From Sedimentisphaera cyanobacteriorum (GTDB lineage Bacteria > Planctomycetota > Phycisphaerae > Sedimentisphaerales > Sedimentisphaeraceae), in NCBI RefSeq assembly GCF_001997385.1, contig NZ_CP019633.1, positions 1,770,001 through 1,802,000 on the forward strand: a DNA stretch of 32,000 bases, in the 5' to 3' direction. Position numbers and translations under genes: made by a program. Positions 18,188 through 25,709 of this stretch are shown here, one piece after another; positions within the stretch are counted from its first letter, which is position 1, and every line of letters begins with the position of its first letter. Below the pieces are notes generated by a model. That model ran no database searches. It was not told the origin of the DNA and saw only the letters and a program-made list of their open reading frames with translations.

Positions 18188-20236
18188 ATGGAACAAATAA
18201 CAGTAGGACTTACCGGCAATCCCAACTGCGGGAAAAGCTGCGTTTTCAACAGCCTAACAGGGGCAAAACAGCATGTAGGCAACTACCCGGGCGTTACCGT
18301 TGAAAAGGTAGAGGGTTGGTGCGAGCATAAGGGCTTCAAAATACGAATTGTTGATTTGCCCGGTACATACAGCATCTCGGCTCATTCAATGGATGAAAAG
18401 GTGGCGAGAGATTTTGTGCTCAGCGAAGAGTGCGATGTCATTGTAAACGTAATAGATTCGAACAACTTCGAGAGAAATCTCTTTCTTACCACCCAGCTTT
18501 TCGAACTGAACAAGCCATTGGTTGCAGCGCTGAATATGTATGATGTGGCAACAAAGAACGGCCTTGAATACGATAAAGAAAAAATCGGCACCTTTCTGAA
18601 CGGAACTGCGGTATCAACTGTGGGCAACAAGGGCGAGGGGATAAAAGAGCTTCTGGATGCTGTGGTTTACGAATACAACTGCCAGAGAGAATTCGACAAC
18701 AGAATCAACTACGGCAGCGATATAGAAGAAAGGCTCGAAAGGCTCACCTGCCTTATATCCAAAGAGATTACCGGCGGAGATGAGAAGAAAGCCCGCTACC
18801 ACGCCCTTCAGCTTCTTCAGATGGACTGCGATATAAACGAATTCGGCAAGGATGCCGCTGAAGTTGCCCAGGAGGCAATATCCGAGCTCAACCGCATGTA
18901 CGGAGACAACCCGCACATACTTATGGCAGAGAAGAGATACGGATTTATCTCCGGTCTTTTCGAGCAGACTGTCCGAAAGACAGTTGAGATAAGACACGAT
19001 GCCAGCGATGCTATAGACAAAATCCTGCTGAACAGGGTTCTCGGGCTGCCGATATTCTTCGGGATGATGTATCTGGTTTTCAAGCTCACATTCTGGCTCG
19101 GCGATCCTGTTATGACGGTAATAGAACACGGCTTCGATATACTCAAAGGGTTTGTTTTGAGCTCTTGGCCTGCCGGCGGCGAGGGACCGCTTCAGTCTCT
19201 GATTGTTGACGGAATCATAGGCGGGGTAGGCGGAGTAGTGGTGTTTCTGCCTAATATTATATTTCTGTTTCTTGCGATTGCGGTGCTTGAAGATTCCGGC
19301 TATATGGCAAGAGCCGCTTTTCTTATGGACAGGATTATGAAAAAAATCGGTCTGCACGGGCAGAGCTTTATTCCTATGCTTATAGGCTTCGGCTGCACCG
19401 TACCTGCTATAATGGGCACGAGAATCTTGAACGAACGTAAAAGCCGGCTTACTACAATAATGATTCTTCCGCTGATAAGCTGCGGGGCCAGGCTCCCGAT
19501 ATACGCCCTGATAATACCTGCTTTCTTCCCGAAACATCTGCACGGGTTTATGATGTGGAGCATGTATGTAATAGGCATACTGATTGCGATTATTCTGGCA
19601 AAAGTCCTGCGCAAAACGCTGTTTAAGGGGAGAAATACAGTGATGCTGATGGAGCTGCCTCCATACCGCGTGCCAACGCTGAGGAGCGTGTTTACGCATA
19701 TGTGGCAGAAGAGCTGGCTCTATCTCAAGAAGGCCGGTACACTGATACTTGCGATCTCAATAATCCTCTGGGCTATGACAAGCTACCCCAAACTCCCCGA
19801 GGAACAAACCGCAGGAATGGAGCCGAAACAAGCGCAGGCTGCAGAGCTCAAGCACACAGCAGCGGGCAGAATAGCAACAACTATCGAGCCGGCAACCGAG
19901 CTTATGGGCTTTGATTACAAGATTGGCACTGCCCTTATCGGAGCATTCGCCGCCAAAGAGGTGTTCGTGGCTCAGATGGGAATCGTTAATTCGCTCGGAG
20001 AGGCGGGAGCTGAATCAAAACCGCTCAGAGAAAAGCTCAAAGACCAATACACCCCGCTGCAGGGTTTCTGCGTTATGCTGTTCTGCCTTATTTCTACGCC
20101 GTGCATCGCAACTGTTGCGATATGCCGAAAAGAGACGCAGTCTTGGGCATTTGCTATGGGGCAGTTTATGGGGCTTACGGTGCTTGCATTTGTGATTACC
20201 GCTGCGGTGTATCAGATTGGCATGCTGCTTACTTAG
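18188..20236 (+). CDS. feoB: Ferrous iron transporter B
   Basis: 682 aa. N-terminal G domain (GNPNCGKS G1, DLPGTYS G3, NMYD G4-like) followed by the polytopic gate/membrane domain. Confidence 0.95.
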   Translation: MEQITVGLTGNPNCGKSCVFNSLTGAKQHVGNYPGVTVEKVEGWCEHKGFKIRIVDLPGTYSISAHSMDEKVARDFVLSEECDVIVNVIDSNNFERNLFLTTQLFELNKPLVAALNMYDVATKNGLEYDKEKIGTFLNGTAVSTVGNKGEGIKELLDAVVYEYNCQREFDNRINYGSDIEERLERLTCLISKEITGGDEKKARYHALQLLQMDCDINEFGKDAAEVAQEAISELNRMYGDNPHILMAEKRYGFISGLFEQTVRKTVEIRHDASDAIDKILLNRVLGLPIFFGMMYLVFKLTFWLGDPVMTVIEHGFDILKGFVLSSWPAGGEGPLQSLIVDGIIGGVGGVVVFLPNIIFLFLAIAVLEDSGYMARAAFLMDRIMKKIGLHGQSFIPMLIGFGCTVPAIMGTRILNERKSRLTTIMILPLISCGARLPIYALIIPAFFPKHLHGFMMWSMYVIGILIAIILAKVLRKTLFKGRNTVMLMELPPYRVPTLRSVFTHMWQKSWLYLKKAGTLILAISIILWAMTSYPKLPEEQTAGMEPKQAQAAELKHTAAGRIATTIEPATELMGFDYKIGTALIGAFAAKEVFVAQMGIVNSLGEAGAESKPLREKLKDQYTPLQGFCVMLFCLISTPCIATVAICRKETQSWAFAMGQFMGLTVLAFVITAAVYQIGMLLT

Positions 20237-20255
20237 GAAAGGGAAAGGAGATATT

Positions 20256-20459
20256 ATGATTGAAAAGATTATCGTAGGGGCTGTGGTAGTTTTGGCGGCA
20301 GTCTTCCTTGTGTATTCGTTTGTCAAATCCTCTAAGGGAGAAACGCCCTGCGGGAAAAGCTGCCCGGCAGACTGCCCGGGGAGAAACAAAAACTGCAGCG
20401 AAGAGGAAACAAAGCAAAACTCAGGCAGCGAAAATAATCAAAACACAACATCTGAATGA
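20256..20459 (+). CDS. FeoB-associated Cys-rich membrane protein
   Basis: ATG 20256 with an AAGGAG RBS. One TM helix (IIVGAVVVLAAVFLVYSFV) followed by a Cys-rich tail (PCGKSCPADCPG..NC). The ORF-track start 20217 lies inside feoB. Confidence 0.7.
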   Translation: MIEKIIVGAVVVLAAVFLVYSFVKSSKGETPCGKSCPADCPGRNKNCSEEETKQNSGSENNQNTTSE

Positions 20460-20482
20460 AAAACTAAATTGCATAAAAAAAA

Positions 20483-20512
20483 CCGCCCTCTGCTAAAGCT
20501 TGCAGAAGGCGG
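20483..20512 (-). terminator. Rho-independent terminator oriented for the minus-strand tRNA gene remnant
   Basis: 10/11-bp stem CCGCCCTCTGC / GCAGAAGGCGG. On the minus strand it is followed by T8 (A8 at 20475-20482 on +). It starts 5 nt after the tRNA 3' end. It may also stop the converging feo operon. Confidence 0.8.
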
Positions 20513-20517
20513 CAGAT

Positions 20518-20564
20518 TGGGCGATGAGGGATTCGAACCCGCGACCCGCTGATTAAGAGTCAGC
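20518..20564 (-). tRNA. tRNA-Lys(CUU) 3' half only (anticodon arm to discriminator): displaced att-site fragment, not a functional gene
   Basis: The minus strand reads GCTGA-CTCTTAA-TCAGC (anticodon arm, CUU), GGGTC, GCGGG-TTCGAAT-CCCTC (T arm, one C.U mismatch), ATGCCC-type 3' acceptor strand ATCGCCC plus discriminator A. No complementary 5' acceptor strand (GGGCGAT) or D arm exists upstream. Confidence 0.75.
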
Positions 20565-20785
20565 AGACCGAAAACGCTAAAAACATACAAGATAAAGACT
20601 TACAGCAAGGCGAAACCGGCGCTTACAAACCAGCTTACAAAGAAAACACAAAAACAAGCGAAAATCAAGCCAAAAACCTGCCGGATGATTTAGCGGAAAT
20701 TGTAGCGGTTTGGCCAACACTGCCCGAACATATTAAGGCGGCAATCAAAGCGATGATAGAGACGTTCAAGGCAAATTCAAAGTAG
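20528..20785 (+). pseudogene. Start-less 85-codon reading frame that begins inside the tRNA-derived sequence (possible C-terminal tail of a gene split at the att site)
   Basis: Checked codon by codon and open from the TGA at 20525 to the TAG at 20783. It reads GIRTRDPLIKSQQTENAK...LPDDLAEIVAVWPTLPEHIKAAIKAMIETFKANSK. No ATG/GTG/TTG occurs before the last 11 codons, so it cannot be an independent gene. Confidence 0.45.
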
Positions 20786-20858
20786 CGGTTATGTAGTCAA
20801 TACGTGTGCGGAATCCTTAATGATTTCGGTAATGAAAATTTAGTATGGAGTTGAAACT

Positions 20859-21470
20859 ATGCCAAGATACTTTTACTGGGATAAGAAAACCACTGTTGAA
20901 GAAGCAACGCAATTAAGCATATTTAAGCTTAAAGAGTTTGGTTTGTTGTGTGGTTATGCCGCTACGACCTTGACTTGGACACGCAAATTATCCGACCATA
21001 AAAGCTCTATCGGCATAGTAGTCGATACTGAAAATCTATACGCAAAAGTCAATTACACTATCACCGACCGAAACACAGACGAAAAAACGGATTATGACTA
21101 CAAAATCAGCCTTACAACAACGCCCTGTAATTTCGGGGGCAAGCGCTACTGGTTTATCTGTCCGTTAAGTGTGAACGGCTTATATTGCGGACGCAGGACG
21201 GGTACGCTTTATCTTGCTTCTGGGGGAAATTATTTCGGCTGTCGGCACTGTTATAACCTGTCTTATGAGAGCCGGAACGAATGTCGTTTAGGGCGGTTCG
21301 GCCAGATGGGATATGTTTTGAAGGCTGATAGGCAAATCGAAGAGCTTTACAAACAAATTAAGAGGTGGACTTGGGCAGGCAGGCCGACAAGGAAGGTACG
21401 GAAACTGCAAGCTCTTGAACAAAAAATGAATCGGGCAATTTCTTTGAGTGAAAGATTTCTTCTGGATTAA
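20859..21470 (+). CDS. Hypothetical protein with C-terminal zinc-ribbon-like Cys cluster
   Basis: 203 aa with GGAG upstream of the ATG. Motif C.FGGKRYWFICP....LYCGRR...LY......F.CRHCY.L.Y.S (four-Cys ribbon) is followed by a basic helical tail. No function known to me. Confidence 0.6.
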   Translation: MPRYFYWDKKTTVEEATQLSIFKLKEFGLLCGYAATTLTWTRKLSDHKSSIGIVVDTENLYAKVNYTITDRNTDEKTDYDYKISLTTTPCNFGGKRYWFICPLSVNGLYCGRRTGTLYLASGGNYFGCRHCYNLSYESRNECRLGRFGQMGYVLKADRQIEELYKQIKRWTWAGRPTRKVRKLQALEQKMNRAISLSERFLLD

Positions 21471-21635
21471 CCAACAGCTTTAATAGCCTTTTGCATTCGT
21501 CTGTCGTGTCATATAACTGCTTATGCAACACGATCTTATATTACTGAAAAAACGCTGGTGCTGTCTCATGTCTCCATTTTGTCACTGATTTGGCTTTCTT
21601 TTCCGGCTTGATTCGCCCCCATATATTTACGATAT

Positions 21636-21644
21636 AATCAATAT
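21636..21644. repeat. 9-bp target-site duplication (left copy) AATCAATAT
   Basis: Identical 9-mer directly abuts both IS4 ends (21636-21644 and 23059-23067). Confidence 0.9.
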
Positions 21645-23058
21645 CACTCTTGTCCAAGATAAATTATTGAAAAGTGAATAAAAAGCATCTCCGGTATGGT
21701 GTATATTATTTTTGCCGAATAACAGACACCTTAACACCGGAGATAAAAATATGATAAAGGTTGGCAGTTTATTTTCGCAAGTGCTTTCTTTGGTAAATCG
21801 CCATGATTTTTCGCGTGCGGTCAAGCAATGGGACGCTGAGAAAGGGGCCAAAGGCTTTCGCTGCTGGGACCAGTTTGTGGCAATGGTTTTTGGCCAACTG
21901 GCCGGGGCGGACTCGCTGCGGGAGATTGAAGGCGGCTTATCGACGGCCCTGGGCAAGCTGCGGCATCTGGGACTGAAGCAGGCTCCGGCCCGCTCGACGC
22001 TCAGTTATGCCAACGAGCATCGGCCGTATCAGCTCTTTGAAACGATGTTCTATTACCTGTCCGATCAAGCTCAAACACTGGCCGCCGGACAGAAGCGGCG
22101 GTTTCGGTTCAAGAATCCGTTGGTCAGCATCGATGCTTCGACGATTGAACTGTGCCTGTCGCTGTACGACTGGGCCAGGTTCCGGCGTAAAAAGGGAGCG
22201 GTTAAACTGCATTTGATGCTGAATCATCAGGGCTGCCTGCCGCAGTGGGCCTGGCTGACCGATGGGAAGGTCCATGACGTGAAAATGGCCAAAACCCTTG
22301 AATTTGAGCCGGGAACGATTGTTGCGGTGGATCGTGGCTATATTGATTACGATCTGTTTGACTATTGGACCGGTGAAGGCGTTTGGTTCGTGACCCGTGC
22401 CAAAAAGAATATGGCTTATCGGGTGGTCAAGACACGCGATATTCCCGACTATGGCAATATCCTGCGTGATGAAGAAATCGAGTTTACCGGCTACGATGCT
22501 TCCCATAAGTATCCGCACCGGCTGCGTCGGATTGTGGTTTGGGATGACGAAAACCAGCGTGAGATTGTGCTGCTGACCAATCATATGAACTTTGCGGCCA
22601 GTACCATTGGCCGAATTTATAAGGATCGCTGGCAGATTGAGTTGTTTTTTAAGGCAATCAAGCAGACTCTGAAGATTAAAACCTTTGTCGGCACCAGTGA
22701 AAATGCCGTGCAGATTCAGATTTGGACAGCATTATTGTGTATGCTGATCCTGAAGATCTTGCAGATGCGTTCGACGTTTGGCTGGAGCCTGTCGAATCTG
22801 GCGGCTATGTTGCGGTTTAACCTGCTGACGTACAGGGACTTGTGGGTATGGCTGAATAAGCCTTACCAAACTCCGGCCATCGGACCGCCGGAGGGCCAGT
22901 TATTATTGTTTGAATAGGATTTGGACAGCAAGAAGTGAACGATGAAATAAAATAGGGTAACCTGAACTTGAAAATTGGAACAAGTTGTCCGAAACAGACG
23001 TTTCGGTAAAGAATGTACGGAGATAGTCTGAAATCACAGATTATCTTGGACAGCAATG
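21645..23058 (+). mobile_element. IS4-family insertion sequence, intact, with 9-bp target duplication
   Basis: 1414 bp. Terminal inverted repeats: CACTCTTGTCCAAGATAAAT (21645-21664) vs the reverse complement of 23039-23058 (CATTGCTGTCCAAGATAATC). An extra subterminal copy TTGGACAGCAAG lies at 22921-22932. The element is flanked by a perfect 9-bp direct repeat. It is visibly more GC-rich than its flanks. Confidence 0.9.
21751..22917 (+). CDS. IS4-family DDE transposase (DUF4372-type N-terminus + DDE_Tnp_1)
   Basis: ATG 21751 with a GGAG RBS. N-terminus FSQVLSLV.RHDF...V....AEKG.K.F.CWDQFVAMVFGQL....SLREI. DDE core VSIDASTIELC, VAVDRGYIDY, IYKDRWQIELFFKAIKQ. Confidence 0.85.
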   Translation: MIKVGSLFSQVLSLVNRHDFSRAVKQWDAEKGAKGFRCWDQFVAMVFGQLAGADSLREIEGGLSTALGKLRHLGLKQAPARSTLSYANEHRPYQLFETMFYYLSDQAQTLAAGQKRRFRFKNPLVSIDASTIELCLSLYDWARFRRKKGAVKLHLMLNHQGCLPQWAWLTDGKVHDVKMAKTLEFEPGTIVAVDRGYIDYDLFDYWTGEGVWFVTRAKKNMAYRVVKTRDIPDYGNILRDEEIEFTGYDASHKYPHRLRRIVVWDDENQREIVLLTNHMNFAASTIGRIYKDRWQIELFFKAIKQTLKIKTFVGTSENAVQIQIWTALLCMLILKILQMRSTFGWSLSNLAAMLRFNLLTYRDLWVWLNKPYQTPAIGPPEGQLLLFE

Positions 23059-23067
23059 AATCAATAT
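23059..23067. repeat. 9-bp target-site duplication (right copy) AATCAATAT
   Basis: See left copy. It is followed immediately by the integrase ATG at 23068. Confidence 0.9.
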
Positions 23068-24066
23068 ATGAGAAAAGTATGGATTTACAAGCGAAAAAAC
23101 ATTAAAGGCTTTTGGGTGGGCTGGTACGAAAGCGGCATACGTAAAGCCAAAGTACTGCCCACAAAAGAACAAGCCGAGCACTTCAAACAGATAAAATACT
23201 CCCAACTCAATTCCGATGTTTTTACGGGCCAAGTATTAGCCGATTGGTCCCAGATGTGTAATGAATACAGAGAAGCAAAAAAAGTACAGGGTGTTACAGA
23301 TGGCACGCTTTATGAACATGCATTGACATTAAGAAATTTTGAACGTATTGTCGGAAAATGTAATTCAAAGCAAATCACTCAATGCATCATTGACAAGTTT
23401 ATACTTGAACGAGGAAAAGAAGTCAAAAAAGTCACGTTGAATAAAGATATCAGGAATATCAAAACTTTTGTTTACTGGTGTAGGGAACAACGATATTTAA
23501 ATGGCAACCTTAAGCTCAAGGAATTGAAATTAGAGGAACGCCCGGTGAAATCGCTCAATCATACCTAGGTAAGACAATTATTGAAAGCGGCTGAACTATA
23601 TCCAGCTATCAAAATGAGAATCGTGCTGGCGCTGGGAACAGGGCTTCGACGGGGTGATATAGAATCGCTGAAGATCACCGATATTGATTTTGAGAATAAC
23701 AGTATTACCACAACCAGTAAAAAGACTAAAAAGAGTATGGGCAATCGTCCGGTGCCGGAATCCATCATGAACATACTTAAGGTTTACATAAATAAATTAA
23801 GTCCCGATCAGGAAAAACTGTTCACCAAAAAATTCAATCCCCGGCAGTGGAGAAAAATTTGCATAGCCGCCGGTTTGAATGATCTTAAGTTTCACGATCT
23901 TCGCAAAATATTTGCTTCAGTGCTTGCTCAAAATGGAGTTTCGACTGCTGTGACACAGAGACTGCTTGAACACTCTTCACCGAATCTAACAAACAAGGTT
24001 TATACAAATATTGATCCTGTGCTTCGCCAATCTGTTGAAAAGCTGCCAATTCAGAAATGGCTGTAA
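23068..24066 (+). pseudogene. Tyrosine recombinase/integrase interrupted by one in-frame TAG (23566-23568)
   Basis: ORFs 23056-23568 and 23581-24066 are in the same frame. Read-through gives ...RPVKSLNHT*VRQLLKAAELYP..., a continuous integrase with an N-terminal SAM-like domain, catalytic Arg (GLRRGD), H-x-x-R (FHDLRKIF) and the terminal Tyr region (NKVYTNI). 23056-23067 is the IS end plus target duplication, so the native start is ATG 23068. Confidence 0.75.
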
Positions 24067-24195
24067 AATCACCTTAGCATATGGGTTCTTTAAATTCCTT
24101 TTCATACGGAAATTCCGTCCATTCTCTGCTTTTTTGGGTAACAATTCGTCTTGCCCGAACATAAGTACCTGTTATTAAACAAGTTAAAAAATTCA

Positions 24196-24207
24196 GGGGG
24201 GGGGGGG
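24196..24207. repeat. G12 homopolymer tract
   Basis: Twelve consecutive G counted directly. It ends 8 nt upstream of the -35 element of the promoter below. Confidence 0.95.
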
Positions 24208-24215
24208 TATTTCGG

Positions 24216-24244
24216 TTGCATTAAGTCAGGTTTGATGGTATAAT
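24216..24244 (+). promoter_or_regulatory. Near-consensus sigma-70-type promoter upstream of the FGE-domain gene
   Basis: TTGCAT (24216-24221), 17-nt spacer, TATAAT (24239-24244), about 90 nt upstream of ATG 24337. Sequence match only. Confidence 0.45.
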
Positions 24245-24336
24245 CGAGACCGTTTTAATGGATGCGGAAGGTGGTCTATACTCCCTCCCGCTATTTCTTG
24301 TTTGTGATCAACAATTATCTTATAGGAGATTTTGCT

Positions 24337-25383
24337 ATGAAACGTACAATCCTTATTGTCACGGCGGCTTTAACTGTACTTTTATCTACCCAGGTTTTTG
24401 CCAATTCAGCACCGGTGGTAAGTAATGTTTCAGCTTATCAGCGGGATGATGGCAGCGGGGTGTTGGATATTTCCTTTAAGCTGACCGATGCGGATAATGA
24501 TCGGTGCAGCATCTCGGTGGTGGCCAGCAATGACGGCGGCAGTACGTGGACGATTACGCCGTCATCATCGGCTTTGTCAGGTGCCTTAACGAATGTCTAT
24601 CCCGGCAATCGGAGTATCGCCTGGAACAGCAAGGTGGACCTGCCGGGAGTGTTCGGGCCCAATTACCGTGTGAAGGTAACGGCGGATGACGGCCAGGGTC
24701 CTTCGGGCATGGTGTGGGTGCAGATTAATGACCCCGGTGTATCGGGCCATGAGGGTTTCAATGGCGAAATGAGCAAGTATGAGACGACTAACGCCCAGTA
24801 CTGCCACTTTTTAAACGAAGCCCTTGCTTCCGGTGATATTGTTATAAGCGGCGGTGATGTTTACGGCAGCGGCGCCCCTTACGACGGACAGATTTACTAT
24901 GATTTAGATAGTAGCATTGCCCAGATTTCTTACAATGGAAGTTCTTTTTATGTCAAAACCCGCGATGGCTACAGTATGGCTAATCACCCTGTATTAGAAG
25001 TAAGCTGGTATGGTTCGATGGCGTTTGCCAGTTTCTACGGCTGGCGGTTGCCGACGGAGTGGGAGTGGCAGGCGGTGGCTGATTACAACGGTACTTTTAC
25101 TTACGGCTGCGGGACAACGATCAATACCAGTATTGCTAATTATCGATACTCCACCCATCCGCACGGCACGACGGCGGTTGGTGCGTTTGGGACGTATGGT
25201 TACGGGATGTGTGATATGGCGGGCAATGTCTGGGAGTGGACAAACTCTATCTACAGTGGCAGCTATCGACTTATCCGCGGCGGCTGCTGGTCCGGCCCCG
25301 ACCACTACTGCTCGGTCTCGCGCCGGAGCCCCACCAGCCCGTACCACTCGAGCTACGGCCTCGGGTTCCGGGTGTGTCGTTGA
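24337..25383 (+). CDS. Secreted formylglycine-generating-enzyme (FGE-sulfatase/SUMF1) domain protein with N-terminal beta-sandwich domain
   Basis: ATG 24337 with an AGGAG RBS gives the signal peptide MKRTILIVTAALTVLLSTQVFA. The C-terminal half has FGE-sulfatase signatures (HPV..VSWY...AF....GWRLPTE.EWQ.VA, GMCDMAGNVWEWT, R.IRGG.W, YGLGFRVCR). Clearly higher GC than neighbouring genes. Confidence 0.8.
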   Translation: MKRTILIVTAALTVLLSTQVFANSAPVVSNVSAYQRDDGSGVLDISFKLTDADNDRCSISVVASNDGGSTWTITPSSSALSGALTNVYPGNRSIAWNSKVDLPGVFGPNYRVKVTADDGQGPSGMVWVQINDPGVSGHEGFNGEMSKYETTNAQYCHFLNEALASGDIVISGGDVYGSGAPYDGQIYYDLDSSIAQISYNGSSFYVKTRDGYSMANHPVLEVSWYGSMAFASFYGWRLPTEWEWQAVADYNGTFTYGCGTTINTSIANYRYSTHPHGTTAVGAFGTYGYGMCDMAGNVWEWTNSIYSGSYRLIRGGCWSGPDHYCSVSRRSPTSPYHSSYGLGFRVCR

Positions 25384-25451
25384 GTATTGTGTCCCCTGGA
25401 TTTTTTTGTAAAACTTTGTACTTTGTTCTTTTACCCTGTTAGAGTTACAGA

Positions 25452-25709
25452 ATGTATTATGTTTACGTATTAGTCAGTGAAGTTGATGGGCAGTTCTATA
25501 CGGGAGCTACAGGAGACTTGAAAAAGCGTGTAAAAGAACACAATGAAGGCAAAGTGACTTCGACAGAGAAGAGAGGACCTCTTCATCTGGTTTACTATGA
25601 AGCTTGTCTCGACAAACGGGATGCTTTCAGAAGAGAGAAGTACCTGAAAACAGGTATGGGCAAACGTTATTTGAGAAACAGATTACGGGATACGTTGGAA
25701 AAACTCTAA
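25452..25709 (+). CDS. GIY-YIG nuclease family protein (small, stand-alone)
   Basis: 85 aa. YYVYVL....G.FYTG.T.DL.KRV.EHN.GK...T....P..LVYYE.......A..REK.LK matches the GIY-YIG/UPF0213 pattern. Confidence 0.85.
   Translation: MYYVYVLVSEVDGQFYTGATGDLKKRVKEHNEGKVTSTEKRGPLHLVYYEACLDKRDAFRREKYLKTGMGKRYLRNRLRDTLEKL

Noticed and set aside
18614-19699. 361-aa ORF antisense to feoB
   Set aside because: It lies entirely inside a gene with unambiguous FeoB motifs. Its composition is His/Tyr/Arg/Pro-rich and non-protein-like, as is typical for the antisense frame of a membrane protein gene.
21937-22584. 215-aa ORF antisense to the IS4 transposase
   Set aside because: It is an open antisense frame of the kind common in GC-rich coding DNA. 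The sense strand carries clear DDE transposase motifs.
24994-25411. Alternative-frame and antisense ORFs (117-133 aa, Arg/Ala/Pro-rich) over the 3' half of the FGE-domain gene
   Set aside because: Low-complexity GC-driven frames. The annotated frame carries the FGE-sulfatase signatures.
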